DNA of 64,000 nucleotides, from positions 2,742-66,741 of the forward strand of contig NZ_DASYHS010000024.1 of assembly GCF_035998295.1 (NCBI RefSeq). Reading direction: 5' to 3'. Numbering within the stretch: the stretch's first letter is position 1; each line of letters starts with the position of its first letter. The position numbers were made by a program, and so were the translations under genes. Positions 9,092 through 18,900 of the stretch are shown here, piece by piece. The notes below the pieces were generated by a model, which had not been told where the DNA came from, made no database searches, and worked only from the letters and a program-made list of their open reading frames with translations. This DNA is from Arenibaculum sp. Lineage in GTDB: Bacteria > Pseudomonadota > Alphaproteobacteria > Azospirillales > Azospirillaceae.

Positions 9092-10555
9092 ATGATCACA
9101 TTCTCCGCTCTTCCCCTGCGCGCCGAGATCCAGGCCGCGCTGGGCCGCCAGGGCTACGACCGGCCGACCCCGATCCAGCAGCAGGCGATCCCGCCGGCGC
9201 TCGACGGGCGTGACATCCTGGGCATCGCCCAGACCGGCACCGGCAAGACCGCCGCGTTCACCGTCCCGATCCTGCAGCGCCTGTCGGCCGTTCCCGGAGC
9301 GGCCCCGCGTCCCGGACGGACCCGGGCGCTGATCCTGACGCCCACCCGCGAACTCGCGATCCAGATCGGCGAGAGCATCGCGGCCTACGGCGCCGGTTTG
9401 CGGCTCACCCATTCCGTGATCTTCGGCGGCGTCGGGCAGCAGCCGCAGGTCGATGCGCTGAACCGCGGCCGCGACCTCATCGTCGCGACGCCGGGCCGCC
9501 TGCTCGACCTCTGCGGGCAGGGGCACCTCAAGCTGGACGGGCTGGAGGTCTTCGTGCTCGACGAGGCGGACCGCATGCTCGACATGGGGTTCATCCGCGA
9601 CGTCCGGAAGGTCGTCGCGATGCTTCCGCGCAAGCGCCAGAGCCTGTTCTTCTCGGCGACCATGCCGGACGAGGTCGCGGATCTCGCCGCACGCCTGCTC
9701 ACCGACCCGGTGCGCGTCGAGGTGACCCCGGTCGCCTCCACCGCCGAGCGGATCGACCAGCAGGTGATCTTCGTCCCGGCCGCGGCCAAGCGCCAGCTCC
9801 TGGTCGATCTCCTGCGCTCCGACCCGTCCATGGACCGCACCATCGTCTTCACGCGCACCAAGCACGGCGCGAACAAGGTGGCGCAGTTCCTGGAGAAGGC
9901 GGCGATCGGGGCGGCGGCGATCCATGGCAACAAGTCCCAGAGCGCGCGCCAAGCGGCCCTGGAGGGCTTCCGCACCGGGGCGGTGCGTGTCCTGGTCGCG
10001 ACCGACATCGCGGCGCGCGGCATCGACATCGACGCGATCTCCCATGTCGTCAATTTCGACCTGCCGAACGTGCCCGAGAGCTATGTCCACCGCATCGGCC
10101 GCACAGCCCGCGCCGGCGCGTCGGGAATGGCGATCGCGTTCTGCGACGAGGGCGAGGAGCGGGTCTTTCTCCGCGACATCGAGAAGCTGATCGGAACCCG
10201 GATTCCGGTCGTGCCCGGCCCGGCCATCCGCACGCCGGTCGATCCGGCCGACGACGCGGACGCGCGCGACGCGGCACCCCGCCGGCCCGGCAACCGCAAC
10301 GGGCATCGCGGCCCGCGTGCGGGCACGCCGCATTCCGGGCCGAAGGCGCAGTCGGGCCAGGGCCGGCCGACGCACAGGGATGGGCACAGGGACGTCCATA
10401 GGGAAAAGCCGGTGGAGAACGGCGCCCGCCCGCGGCAGCAGGGAGCCGGGCGCGCCAACCCGTCCTTCGGCGACCTCGTGGCCGCCATCGGCAAGGGCGA
10501 GCCCGAGGGCTCCGGCCCCGGCCGCAACCGGCCGCGCCGTACCGGCAGCCGCTGA
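9092..10555 (+). CDS. rhlE: DEAD-box ATP-dependent RNA helicase (RhlE-like)
   Basis: Q-motif region [25 protein letters not shown] and [10 protein letters not shown], with an Arg/Gly-rich C-terminal tail. ATG 9092 is chosen over the upstream GTG 8969 extension. Confidence 0.9.
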   Translation: MITFSALPLRAEIQAALGRQGYDRPTPIQQQAIPPALDGRDILGIAQTGTGKTAAFTVPILQRLSAVPGAAPRPGRTRALILTPTRELAIQIGESIAAYGAGLRLTHSVIFGGVGQQPQVDALNRGRDLIVATPGRLLDLCGQGHLKLDGLEVFVLDEADRMLDMGFIRDVRKVVAMLPRKRQSLFFSATMPDEVADLAARLLTDPVRVEVTPVASTAERIDQQVIFVPAAAKRQLLVDLLRSDPSMDRTIVFTRTKHGANKVAQFLEKAAIGAAAIHGNKSQSARQAALEGFRTGAVRVLVATDIAARGIDIDAISHVVNFDLPNVPESYVHRIGRTARAGASGMAIAFCDEGEERVFLRDIEKLIGTRIPVVPGPAIRTPVDPADDADARDAAPRRPGNRNGHRGPRAGTPHSGPKAQSGQGRPTHRDGHRDVHREKPVENGARPRQQGAGRANPSFGDLVAAIGKGEPEGSGPGRNRPRRTGSR

Positions 10556-10579
10556 TCCAGATCCGAGGAGGGTGGGCCG

Positions 10580-10807
10580 ATGGCTCGCAAGAAGCAGAAG
10601 GTCAGCACGGAGCACGTCCTGTTCGACGTCCTCTATGACGACGGCAGCCGCAGCTCGAACCGTCGGGTTCCGGCTTCCGAGCTCGAGGGGCCCGATGGCG
10701 ACGATGCGGCGCGTCACGTGATCGAGGCGCAGGACCGGGAGATCGCCGCGATGTCCGGCCGCCCGCGCGGCGAGATCAAGTCCGTCAAGCGCTCGCCGAT
10801 CCGCTGA
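10580..10807 (+). CDS. hypothetical small protein (75 aa)
   Basis: Strong RBS GAGGAGGG 6 nt before the ATG, 24 nt after rhlE. The composition is charged and not low-complexity (MARKKQKVSTEHVLFDVLYDDGSRSSNRRVPASELEG...). I recognise no family. Confidence 0.55.
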   Translation: MARKKQKVSTEHVLFDVLYDDGSRSSNRRVPASELEGPDGDDAARHVIEAQDREIAAMSGRPRGEIKSVKRSPIR

Positions 10808-10853
10808 GGGCCGGCCTCCCGGGCAGGGGCTGAACGCGGGACTGAACGCGGGG

Positions 10854-12701
10854 CTAAAGCCTGCGCGTGCGCAGTCCGCGTATGAGGAACCGCCCGGGGT
10901 GCAGCGCCGCTGCGACGCTGCGCGGCACCGGCCAGGGTTCGCCCGAAACCTGCGCCGCGATCAACTCGGCAGCGAGCGGCGCCGTCGTCAGGCCGCGGGC
11001 GCCGAGCCCGCTCAGCACCCAGGTCCGGGCGTGGAGCGGTGGTTCGGCGGGAATGCGGCGCCGGTCTCCCGTGCGCAGCCCGGCATAGGCATCGAGCCAG
11101 TCGCCGTGGTCCGGCAGCGGGCCGGCCAGCGGCAGATGGTCCGGTGTCATGGCCCGCAACGCCGCCCGGCCGACGGCGTGGCGCGGATCGGGGTCCACCA
11201 GGCCCGGGATCCAGGCCTCGGCGGCGGCGAGGTTGCGCCGGTCGTCCTCCGGCCGGGCCTCCTGGGGCCGTGCCGGCACCGAATCCTTGACCGGGTCGAA
11301 GGTGGCGCCCACGACGTGGCGCCCGCCGCCGGCGGGGATCACGTAGCCTTCGCCGCCGAGGACGCAGGCGAGTGCGGCTCCGGCCGGCGTCGCCGGTGCC
11401 GCCGTGACCTGGCCCCGCCGCGGGACGAGGGGCAGCCACGCGGCTGCAGCGAACCGGCGCGTGTCCAGCCCGCCTGCCAGGATGACGAGGTCGGCCTCGC
11501 CGCCACCCGGCACTCCGATATCGGCGCCGAGTTCGATCCGCGCACCCTCGGCCAAGCCCCGGCACGCCGCCTGCGGGGCGAGCCATCCCGCCCGCTCGAA
11601 CCACAATGCCCCATGGGCGGCGGCGCCCGCGAGCGCGACCCGGGCATGGCGGGCCGCCTGCGCCGCATCGACGTGCCGCATCAGTTCCGGCGCCAGGACG
11701 CCGGCCCCGCAGGCTGCCTCCTGACGGGCCGCCGCTTCGGCTCCTCCCGCCAGTTCCAGCACCCCGGTCGCCTCGAGCCACGGCGCCAGCCGGTCGAGTG
11801 CGTGGCGGAACGCCTGCGCATGGAAATGCCGCTCCGGGCCGGAGCCGAGGACGAGACGGGGCATCACGATCCCCGCCGGATTGCCGGACCCCTCGGCGGC
11901 GAGACCGAGGTGCCGCTCGGCCAGGCGCACCCGCCATCCCCGATCGTGCAGCGCCGAGGCCATGGCCGCGCCGGCGATGCCGCCCCCGACGACGAGGGCC
12001 GTCCCCGGCACCAGCGGGGCAGGGGGCCGGTACCAGGGCTCGACCGCGGACGGCGGTCGCGGGCCGGCGAAGACGCCCTGCAGCATGTTGCTCCTGTGCT
12101 CGAAGCCCGGCGCGCGCTCCATGCGGAACCCCGCATCCTGGAGGGCGTGCCGGACCCGCCCCGTGGCGGCGAAGGCGGCGAGCCGGGCCCCCGGCCGGCT
12201 GAGCCGCGCCACGTCGGCGAACACCGCGGGCGACCACGTCTCGGGGCTATTCGACGGCGCGGACCCGTCGAGGATCCAGGCGTCCATCTCCGCTTCCAGC
12301 TCGGCCAGCATCGGCGCGACGGGGCCGACGAGCAGGGTCAGCGTCACGGCCCCGCCCTCGAAGCGCAGGCGGTGGAAGCCCGGCGACGGTTCCGGCCAGA
12401 CCGTGGCCAGCCGCTCCGCCAGGGCACCGAATGCCGGCCACGTCCCAAGCGCGCGCCGCATCTGCGCCCGCGTCTGCGGGAAGCCCTCGACCGAGACATG
12501 GTGCAGGAAACGCGGACGGCGCGGGTCCCGGCGCCACAGATCCCAGACCGACAGGAAAGTAAGTCCCGCGCCGAAGCCGGTCTCGCCGATGGCGAAGGCG
12601 GGCTGTCCGGCCCAGGCCTCGGGCAGCCCCGTGCCGCCCTGCCACACGGTGTCCGCCGGTGCCGGCACGTGCGCTCCGGCAATGTCTCGACCCTGCGTCA
12701 T
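10854..12701 (-). CDS. mnmC: bifunctional tRNA (mnm5s2U34) methyltransferase / FAD-dependent cmnm5s2U34 oxidoreductase
   Basis: N-terminal MnmD-type region (FAIGETGFGAGLTFL...WILDGSAP) and a C-terminal DAO-type region (ALVVGGGIAGAAMA). Start ATG 12701 is preferred; the longest ORF starts at 12737. Confidence 0.85.
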   Translation of the reverse strand: MTQGRDIAGAHVPAPADTVWQGGTGLPEAWAGQPAFAIGETGFGAGLTFLSVWDLWRRDPRRPRFLHHVSVEGFPQTRAQMRRALGTWPAFGALAERLATVWPEPSPGFHRLRFEGGAVTLTLLVGPVAPMLAELEAEMDAWILDGSAPSNSPETWSPAVFADVARLSRPGARLAAFAATGRVRHALQDAGFRMERAPGFEHRSNMLQGVFAGPRPPSAVEPWYRPPAPLVPGTALVVGGGIAGAAMASALHDRGWRVRLAERHLGLAAEGSGNPAGIVMPRLVLGSGPERHFHAQAFRHALDRLAPWLEATGVLELAGGAEAAARQEAACGAGVLAPELMRHVDAAQAARHARVALAGAAAHGALWFERAGWLAPQAACRGLAEGARIELGADIGVPGGGEADLVILAGGLDTRRFAAAAWLPLVPRRGQVTAAPATPAGAALACVLGGEGYVIPAGGGRHVVGATFDPVKDSVPARPQEARPEDDRRNLAAAEAWIPGLVDPDPRHAVGRAALRAMTPDHLPLAGPLPDHGDWLDAYAGLRTGDRRRIPAEPPLHARTWVLSGLGARGLTTAPLAAELIAAQVSGEPWPVPRSVAAALHPGRFLIRGLRTRRL

Positions 12702-12760
12702 GCCGCCTTTGTCGCCCGGTGTGCGGACCTGCCGCAAGCCCGTCCGGATGGGGAGCCCAG

Positions 12761-13159
12761 ATGCCCGCCCTCGTCCGGGGCATCTACTACGAAGGCTGGA
12801 AGCCCGCCGCGGTCCCGAACAGGCTTCGCGAGGGCAAGGAGTTCATCGACGACGTGCGCGACCGGGCTCACGGGTGCGAGGAGCTCGACCCGGACATCGC
12901 GATCCGCGGCGTCTTCAAGCTGCTCGACCGCCACGTGGACGCCGGTCAGATCCGCAAAGTGAAGGACCAGCTTCCGGGCGGGATCCGCCAGTTCTGGCCC
13001 AACGCCGAGCCTGACGGAGAGGGGAGGGAGCCCCCCGGGGCCGTGACGGCCCCGGGGGCCCTCCTCAGGCGGCCCGGACCTCGGCCAGGAACGTCGCCAC
13101 GGCCTGCTCGAGGTCGCGTGCCTGCCGGGCCAGACCGCCGGCCGCGTCGCGGACGCTGA
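12761..13159 (+). CDS. DUF2267-like single-domain protein; 3' end questionable
   Basis: [17 protein letters not shown]...[36 protein letters not shown] resembles the linker plus second repeat of DUF2267 proteins. RBS is GGGAG. The last roughly 50 codons are low-complexity, cross a strong hairpin and overlap the convergent MCP gene by 95 nt. Confidence 0.5.
   Translation: MPALVRGIYYEGWKPAAVPNRLREGKEFIDDVRDRAHGCEELDPDIAIRGVFKLLDRHVDAGQIRKVKDQLPGGIRQFWPNAEPDGEGREPPGAVTAPGALLRRPGPRPGTSPRPARGRVPAGPDRRPRRGR
13032..13058. terminator. GC-rich hairpin between convergent genes (possible bidirectional terminator, no U-tract)
   Basis: CCCCCGGGGCC GTGAC GGCCCCGGGGG, a perfect 11-bp stem, starting 7 nt downstream of the MCP stop codon at 13065-13067. 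Confidence 0.4.
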
Positions 13160-14780
13160 CCGCCGCCTGGCCCGTCTGCTCGGCGGCGCCCTGGACGCCC
13201 GTGATGCTGCCCGTCACCTCTTCCGTGCCCTGGGCGGCCTGCTGGGCGTTGCGGCTGATCTCCAGCGTCGCGGCCGACTGCTGTTCCACTGCCGAGGCCA
13301 TGCCCGCGGCGGCCTGGTCGATGTCCTCGACCTGCGCGATGATGGCGGTCATGACGCCGACGGTGGAATCGGCGGCCGACTGGACGGCGTTCATCTGCTC
13401 GCGGATGCGTTCGGTCATCAGGCGCGTCTGGCCCGCCAGATTCTTGACCTCCGAGGCGACGACGGCGAAACCCTTGCCGGCCTCGCCGGCGCGCGCCGAC
13501 TCGATCGTCGCGTTCAGCGCCAGCAGGTTCGTCTGCGCCGCGACCTCGCCGATGGCGTCCACGATCTCGGCGACCTGGGCGATCGCCGTGGCCAGGCGGT
13601 CCAGGTCCGCCTGGGCGGTGCGCGCCCGCGAAGCCGCTCCGCGCGATTGGCCTGCCGTCTCGGCGACTTGGCTCGATACCTGCTGGATCGTCGCCGACAG
13701 CTCCTCCGAGGCCGCCGCCACGGTCTGGACGTTGGCGCTCGCCTGGTTGGCGGCGGCGGCGACCGCCGTGCTCTGGCGCGAGGTCTCCTCGACCGCGGCC
13801 GCGAGCTGCTGGGCCGTCGCCTGCATCTCGCTCGCGGCGGTGCTCACCGTATCGACGATGCCGCCGACGCGGTCGTCGAAGCGGTCCGCGAGTTCCAGCA
13901 TGGACCGGCGCCGTTCCTCGGCGGCGCGCGCCTCGTTTTCCGCGGCCTGCCGCTCCATCTCCCGGTTGCGCACGAGATTGTCGCGGAACACGGTCATGGT
14001 CTGGGCGATCTCACCGATCTCGTCGCGCCGCCCGGCGCCGAAGATCTCGGCGCCGACGTCGCCCTCGGCCAGACGGCGCAGCGCCGTGACCGAGCGGGTC
14101 ATCGGCCTGGCCACTCCGTAGCTGGCGATCAGGTAGCCGACCGCGGCGCCGCCCAGCACGCCGAAGACGGCGACGGCGACCAGGATCGTCTGGTCGCGCC
14201 GTGCGAGCGCCGCAGCCTCCTGGTTGGTCTGCGTCGCCTTCTCGTCGGTGTAGACGGTCAGCGCACGCAGCCGCGCCTGAAGGTCGGTCGCGGCGTCCCG
14301 ACTCGCGAGCGCGGCGTCGCGGATCGTCTGCTGCGCGACGTCGATCCGCACCTCGCCGCCGAGGCCTCGCGCGGTCTCGATCGTCTTGGCGAGGCTTGCC
14401 TCGTATTGCTGAAAGCCGTCGGCGACCGCCGCCGCGAGGTCGCGCGTCCGAGGGTCGGTGGTGTCGGAGAACTCCCGCAGTCGTTCCTCGAACAGGCGGC
14501 GCTGCTCCTCGATGACGCGCAGCGAGTCCTCGAGGTTGCTGCCGGTCGGGTCCGCGGCGATCCGGAACTCGGCCCGGTTCAGTTCGACGACGTCGCGGTT
14601 GGCACGGGCCGCGGTCAGGCTCTGGCTGCCGGCCCGGTCGATGCGGGCGGCCGCTTCCGTCATGTGCTGCAGGCTGACGATACCGACCGCACTTACGAGT
14701 GCGGTGACGACCGAAAGGAAGCCCACCAGCAGCAGAAGCTTGTGGACGATACGCAGATTCGCGAAAACCATGCCGTTCAT
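13065..14780 (-). CDS. methyl-accepting chemotaxis protein (four-helix-bundle sensor, HAMP, MA domain)
   Basis: Start [14 protein letters not shown] with RBS GGGAG. Two TM segments and a HAMP domain ([16 protein letters not shown]) are present. The signalling hairpin is [34 protein letters not shown]. The 827-aa track ORF is an upstream over-extension. Confidence 0.9.
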   Translation of the reverse strand: MNGMVFANLRIVHKLLLLVGFLSVVTALVSAVGIVSLQHMTEAAARIDRAGSQSLTAARANRDVVELNRAEFRIAADPTGSNLEDSLRVIEEQRRLFEERLREFSDTTDPRTRDLAAAVADGFQQYEASLAKTIETARGLGGEVRIDVAQQTIRDAALASRDAATDLQARLRALTVYTDEKATQTNQEAAALARRDQTILVAVAVFGVLGGAAVGYLIASYGVARPMTRSVTALRRLAEGDVGAEIFGAGRRDEIGEIAQTMTVFRDNLVRNREMERQAAENEARAAEERRRSMLELADRFDDRVGGIVDTVSTAASEMQATAQQLAAAVEETSRQSTAVAAAANQASANVQTVAAASEELSATIQQVSSQVAETAGQSRGAASRARTAQADLDRLATAIAQVAEIVDAIGEVAAQTNLLALNATIESARAGEAGKGFAVVASEVKNLAGQTRLMTERIREQMNAVQSAADSTVGVMTAIIAQVEDIDQAAAGMASAVEQQSAATLEISRNAQQAAQGTEEVTGSITGVQGAAEQTGQAAVSVRDAAGGLARQARDLEQAVATFLAEVRAA

Positions 14781-14905
14781 ACTCCCGTTTCCCGCACTGT
14801 CTCCCGGCCGGGCCTCGGATCCCGTCCCCGCCAAGGAGATAGGGCGCTGCAGTGCAGCGTCACTCGCGGTAATACGAAAGTATGGGTACCGAAAAGGTAA
14901 TATGC

Positions 14906-15439
14906 CTATTTGGCGATGATGGGCAGGCCGGCCACCATGAACAGCACCCGGTCGACCGCCGCCGCGACCGCCTGGTGCAGCCGGCCCGCCTCGTCGCGGA
15001 ACCGGCGCGCTAGCGCGTTGTCGGGCACGATGCCGAGGCCGACCTCGTTGGACACCAGGATGACGCGGCCGCCGAGCGCCGGCAGGGTCCGGGCCAGCCG
15101 GTCGCCTTCCGCGCGGACGTCGCGCCCGGCCTCCATCAGGTTGCTGAGCCACAAGGTGAGGCAGTCTACGAGCACGGTCGTGCCTGGCACCGCCTGCGCG
15201 GCGAGCGTTCCGGCAAGGTCGAGCGGTTCCTCGATCGTGCTCCAGCGAGGGCCCCGGTCGGCGCGGTGGCGCTCGATCCGCGATTGCATTTCTCCGTCCC
15301 GGGCTTCGGCGGTCGCGACATAGAGCAGGTGTCCCGGCTCCGCTTCGGCCAGATTCTGGGCGTGCCGGGTCTTGCCCGACCGGGCACCGCCCAGCACCAG
15401 CACCGTCCTCGCTTCCTGTGGCACGCGCCCCTCCAGCAT
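14906..15439 (-). CDS. cobU: bifunctional adenosylcobinamide kinase / adenosylcobinamide-phosphate guanylyltransferase
   Basis: 177-aa ORF with the P-loop [12 protein letters not shown] and CobU/CobP-like [11 protein letters not shown] and [13 protein letters not shown] segments. Confidence 0.85.
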   Translation of the reverse strand: MLEGRVPQEARTVLVLGGARSGKTRHAQNLAEAEPGHLLYVATAEARDGEMQSRIERHRADRGPRWSTIEEPLDLAGTLAAQAVPGTTVLVDCLTLWLSNLMEAGRDVRAEGDRLARTLPALGGRVILVSNEVGLGIVPDNALARRFRDEAGRLHQAVAAAVDRVLFMVAGLPIIAK

Positions 15440-15586
15440 CGCCTCCCGGACGGCAGTCTAGCCGGTCCGGCGGCTCCGGGCGAGCGGTGCCGTGATAACA
15501 ATATGTCTCGCGGCCGTTAACGAAATTTTGATGTGCGGCGTGTATCAATCCGCGTCAACTAACTCGTGGGTTGAGGGAATCGCGTC

Positions 15587-17275
15587 ATGAAACTCAAACG
15601 CATGACCATCGGGGTGCGGGTCGCCGGCATCGTGGCGCTTGCCCTGGCCGGTCTGGTGGTATTCGCGACTGCTGGAATTCTGGAGCTGCGGCGGCAGATC
15701 CTCGACGGGCGCGAAAGCACCCTGCGCAGCATCATCGACGCCTCGGAAACCATCGTCCTGCACTACGAGGCGAAGGCGCGCGAAGGAAAGCTGCCCGAGG
15801 CCGATGCCAAGGCCGCGGCGCTCGAGGCGATCGCGGCGCTGCGCTACGACGGGGTCGAATACGTGTGGGTCAACGACCTGGACCATCGGTTCGTGATGCA
15901 CCCCATCTCGCCCCAGCTCGTCGGCCGGGACATGCGCGACCTTCAGGACGCCAACGGCAAATACCTTCTCCGCGAGATCGTGCGCATCGCCCGGACGCCG
16001 GAGAAGGAAGGCTTCATGACCTATGTGTGGCCGAGGCCGGGCAGCGAGGTCCCCGTCGACAAGCGCTCCTTCTTCCGCCTCTTCGAGCCCTGGGGCTGGA
16101 TCTTCGCCACCGGGATGTACGTCGACGACGTCGGCACCCTGGTCATGGAGCGCGCCCTGCGCGTCGCCGGCATCCTAGCGCTGATCGCGGCGGTCGTACT
16201 GGCGGCGTCGGCGCTCGTCGCCCGCACGATCGTGGTGCCGGTGCGCCGCATGACGGAGGCCATGCACCGGCTCGCCGGCGGCGACACCGGGGCCGAGATT
16301 CCGGTGACCGCGCGGCAGGACGAGATCGGCGACATGGCCCGGGCCGTTCTCGTCTTCCGCGACAACGCCCTCGAACGTGCCCGGCTGGAGGACGAGCGGG
16401 AGGCCGAGCGGACCGCGCGCGAGCGCCGGGTCGTCGCGATGGCCGAACTCGTCTCCTCCTTCGAAGCGGACGTCGCCGCTTCGCTCGGCGCGGTGGGACA
16501 GGCGGCCGGTACGATGCAGGGCGTGGCGCGGCGGATGGCGGAGGTCGCGGACCATACCAGCGGTCAGGCGGCGGGGGCCGCGACCGCCGTCGAGCAGACG
16601 TCCTCGAACGTGCAGATGGTTGCCGCCGCCGCCGAGGAGGTCGCCGCCTCGACGGAGGAGATCGCGCGTCAGGTCGGGATGTCGTCGCGCATCTCGGGAG
16701 AGGCGGTCGAGGCGGTGTCCCGCTCCTCCGCGGCCGTCGAAGGGCTGTCCGCGGCGGCGGAGAAGATCGATCAGGTGGTCCGCATGATCTCGGAGATCGC
16801 GGGCCAGACCAACCTGCTGGCTCTGAACGCCACGATCGAGGCGGCGCGCGCCGGCGAGGCCGGCAAGGGCTTCGCCGTCGTGGCAAGCGAAGTCAAGGCG
16901 CTGGCCAACCAGACCGCGCGCGCGACGGGCGACATCGCCGCCCACATCGTCACGATGCAGCAGGCGACAGCCGGGACGGTCGACGCGATCACCGGGATCG
17001 GCGGCGTGATCGCCCGCATAACTCAGGGCACGGATCAGATCGCGGCTGCGGCCGACCAGCAGAAGGCCGCCGCGGCGGAGATCGCCCGCAACGCCTCGGA
17101 GGCGGCGACCGGCACCCAGCAGGCATCCCGGAGCGCCGGGGCCGTGTCGTCCGCGGCCGAGGACGCGAGGGTGTCGGCGGCGGACGTTCTGTCGGCGTCC
17201 TCGGCGCTGTCGGTCGAGGCGGACGGCCTGCGCAAGCGGGTCGAAGGCTTCCTCGTCGCTATCCGCGCCGCCTGA
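15587..17275 (+). CDS. methyl-accepting chemotaxis protein with single-Cache (sCache_2-like) sensor
   Basis: TM segment, then a periplasmic Cache-like region ([35 protein letters not shown]...[11 protein letters not shown]). HAMP follows, then the MA hairpin [34 protein letters not shown]. Confidence 0.9.
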   Translation: MKLKRMTIGVRVAGIVALALAGLVVFATAGILELRRQILDGRESTLRSIIDASETIVLHYEAKAREGKLPEADAKAAALEAIAALRYDGVEYVWVNDLDHRFVMHPISPQLVGRDMRDLQDANGKYLLREIVRIARTPEKEGFMTYVWPRPGSEVPVDKRSFFRLFEPWGWIFATGMYVDDVGTLVMERALRVAGILALIAAVVLAASALVARTIVVPVRRMTEAMHRLAGGDTGAEIPVTARQDEIGDMARAVLVFRDNALERARLEDEREAERTARERRVVAMAELVSSFEADVAASLGAVGQAAGTMQGVARRMAEVADHTSGQAAGAATAVEQTSSNVQMVAAAAEEVAASTEEIARQVGMSSRISGEAVEAVSRSSAAVEGLSAAAEKIDQVVRMISEIAGQTNLLALNATIEAARAGEAGKGFAVVASEVKALANQTARATGDIAAHIVTMQQATAGTVDAITGIGGVIARITQGTDQIAAAADQQKAAAAEIARNASEAATGTQQASRSAGAVSSAAEDARVSAADVLSASSALSVEADGLRKRVEGFLVAIRAA

Positions 17276-17284
17276 GCATGGCGG

Positions 17285-17467
17285 TCAGGCCGGCTCCGGC
17301 AGGCCTTGGCCGCCGGAGCCGATCTCGGCTGCGATCCGGCTCAACCGGCTGTCGATGTCGCGGCGTTCGTCTTCGGAGAGGAAGTCGATTTCCTTGGTCC
17401 GGTGCAACAGGTACGCCGCCTCGTCCAGGAACTCCAGAGCGATCTTCACCATGTCGTGGCCGGGCAT
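17285..17467 (-). CDS. hypothetical small acidic protein (60 aa)
   Basis: Near-consensus RBS AAGGAGG 4-5 nt before the ATG. The sequence is non-repetitive and helical-looking (MVKIALEFLDEAAYLLHRTKEIDFLSEDERRDIDSRLSRIAAEI). I recognise no family. Confidence 0.5.
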   Translation of the reverse strand: MPGHDMVKIALEFLDEAAYLLHRTKEIDFLSEDERRDIDSRLSRIAAEIGSGGQGLPEPA

Positions 17468-17691
17468 GGAACCTCCTTGTTTGCTTCCTTGACATTGCCA
17501 GACGGCCTGCCTTTGGCCAGATCGGAAGAGGGAATAATCCGAAATAGCCTCCTGTCGCCGCGTTAGCGGTGATGCGGAACTCCGGGCCGTTCCGGCACGT
17601 TACTTGCGTGCCCGTTATGCGCCCGCCTGGAGGAGGCTTGAACCCGAGCATCGAGAGACGGCAGGCGGGCACCGAAGGCGGCGCTCCGCGG

Positions 17692-18744
17692 ATGAACGTC
17701 CTCCTCGGCTGGCTGCGTCGCACCTTCGCCGACCCGCAGGCGACGATGCTCGTGATGCTCCTGCTTGGGGGCTTCGTCGTGCTGAGCCTGCTGGGCGGCG
17801 TGCTGGCGCCGGTGATCGCCAGCGTGGTTGTCGCCTACCTGCTCGAAGGGCCGGTCGGCTTCCTGGAGCGTCGGCGCGTTCCGCGGCTCGCGGCCGTGAC
17901 CGTCGTCTTCCTGGTGTTCCTCGGCGTCCTGCTCGGGCTGTTCCTGTTCCTGGTGCCGCTGCTGCTGACCCAGATCGCCCAGTTGGCCCAGCAGATCCCC
18001 TCGATCTATGTTCAAGCCCAGGAACTGCTGCTCGGCCTGCCGGACCGCTATCCGGAGCTGATCAGCCGCCGCCAGATCGCCGACGTCGCCGACCGGCTGC
18101 GCGAGGAGGTCGTCGGCTACGCCCAGATGCTGCTGGTCTATTCGGTCGCCTGGCTGCCGACGCTGGTCCAGCTCGGCATCTATCTCGTCCTGATGCCGAT
18201 GCTGGTGTTCTTCTTCCTCAAGGACAAGCACCGCATCCTCTCCTGGTTCCTGGGATTCCTGCCGCCTGAACGGCCCTTGGTCGAGCGCGTCTGGCGCGAG
18301 GCCAACGTCAAGGTCGGCGGCTACGTCCGCGGCAAGGTCTACGAGATCGCGATCGTCGGCGCCGTCAGCTATCTTGCCTTCCTGGTGCTCGGCCTCGATT
18401 TCAGTGCCCTGCTCGCGGTCGCGACCGGGCTGTCCGTCCTGATCCCCTATGTCGGCGCGCTGCTCGCGGCGATCCCGGTCGTCCTCGCCGCCTATGGACA
18501 GTGGGGCCTCGCCGAGGGCCTGATCTGGGCCACGGTCGCCTATGCCGTGATCCAGTTCCTCGATGGCTTCGTCCTGGCGCCGCTGCTGCTCGCCGAGACG
18601 GCGGACCTGCATCCGAACGCGGTGATCGTCGCGATCCTGGTGTTCGGCGGCGTGTGGGGGTTCTGGGGTCTGTTCTTCGCCGTGCCGCTGGCGGCCCTGG
18701 TCCAGGCGGTGCTGTCCGCCTGGCCGCGCTCGCGCCCAGCCTGA
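17692..18744 (+). CDS. AI-2E family transporter (PerM/YhhT-like permease)
   Basis: About 350 aa and multi-TM, with typical family segments (LLAVATGLSVLIPYVGALLAAIPVVLAAY...FLDGFVLAPLLL...VAILVFGGVWGFWGLFFAVPLAA). ATG 17692 is preferred over the longest ORF start. Confidence 0.85.
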   Translation: MNVLLGWLRRTFADPQATMLVMLLLGGFVVLSLLGGVLAPVIASVVVAYLLEGPVGFLERRRVPRLAAVTVVFLVFLGVLLGLFLFLVPLLLTQIAQLAQQIPSIYVQAQELLLGLPDRYPELISRRQIADVADRLREEVVGYAQMLLVYSVAWLPTLVQLGIYLVLMPMLVFFFLKDKHRILSWFLGFLPPERPLVERVWREANVKVGGYVRGKVYEIAIVGAVSYLAFLVLGLDFSALLAVATGLSVLIPYVGALLAAIPVVLAAYGQWGLAEGLIWATVAYAVIQFLDGFVLAPLLLAETADLHPNAVIVAILVFGGVWGFWGLFFAVPLAALVQAVLSAWPRSRPA

Positions 18745-18900
18745 GCAGCCGTCCGCCGCGACCATCCCGCCGCCCGCGATCGTGACACGGCGGCCCGCTT
18801 TCCTGTTTGTCCGGCGGTACCTAACGGAAGGACATTACCCAATGCCCGAACGGTCGCGTCGGCGCGTCGCCGGCACGCAAGCATCGAGCGGCGCCGGGCG

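Noticed and set aside
13065-15548. N-terminal over-extensions of real genes in the ORF track. Cases are the MCP as 827 aa, typA as 676 aa (27376..29406), polA as 1147 aa (51146..54589), the sigma factor as 698 aa (57755..59851), the SBP as 485 aa (49132..50589) and the hybrid kinase as 1540 aa.
   Set aside because: The extensions are low-complexity and overlap neighbouring genes or the tRNA. They precede internal starts that have good RBS and canonical N-termini (signal peptides, G-domain start, etc.). I trimmed them to those internal starts.
15440-15586. Cobalamin riboswitch upstream of cobU
   Set aside because: The spacer is only 147 bp and is shared with the divergent MCP promoter. I could not recognise the B12-box (consensus around rAGYCMGgAgaCCkGCcd) by eye. 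A covariance-model scan would be decisive.
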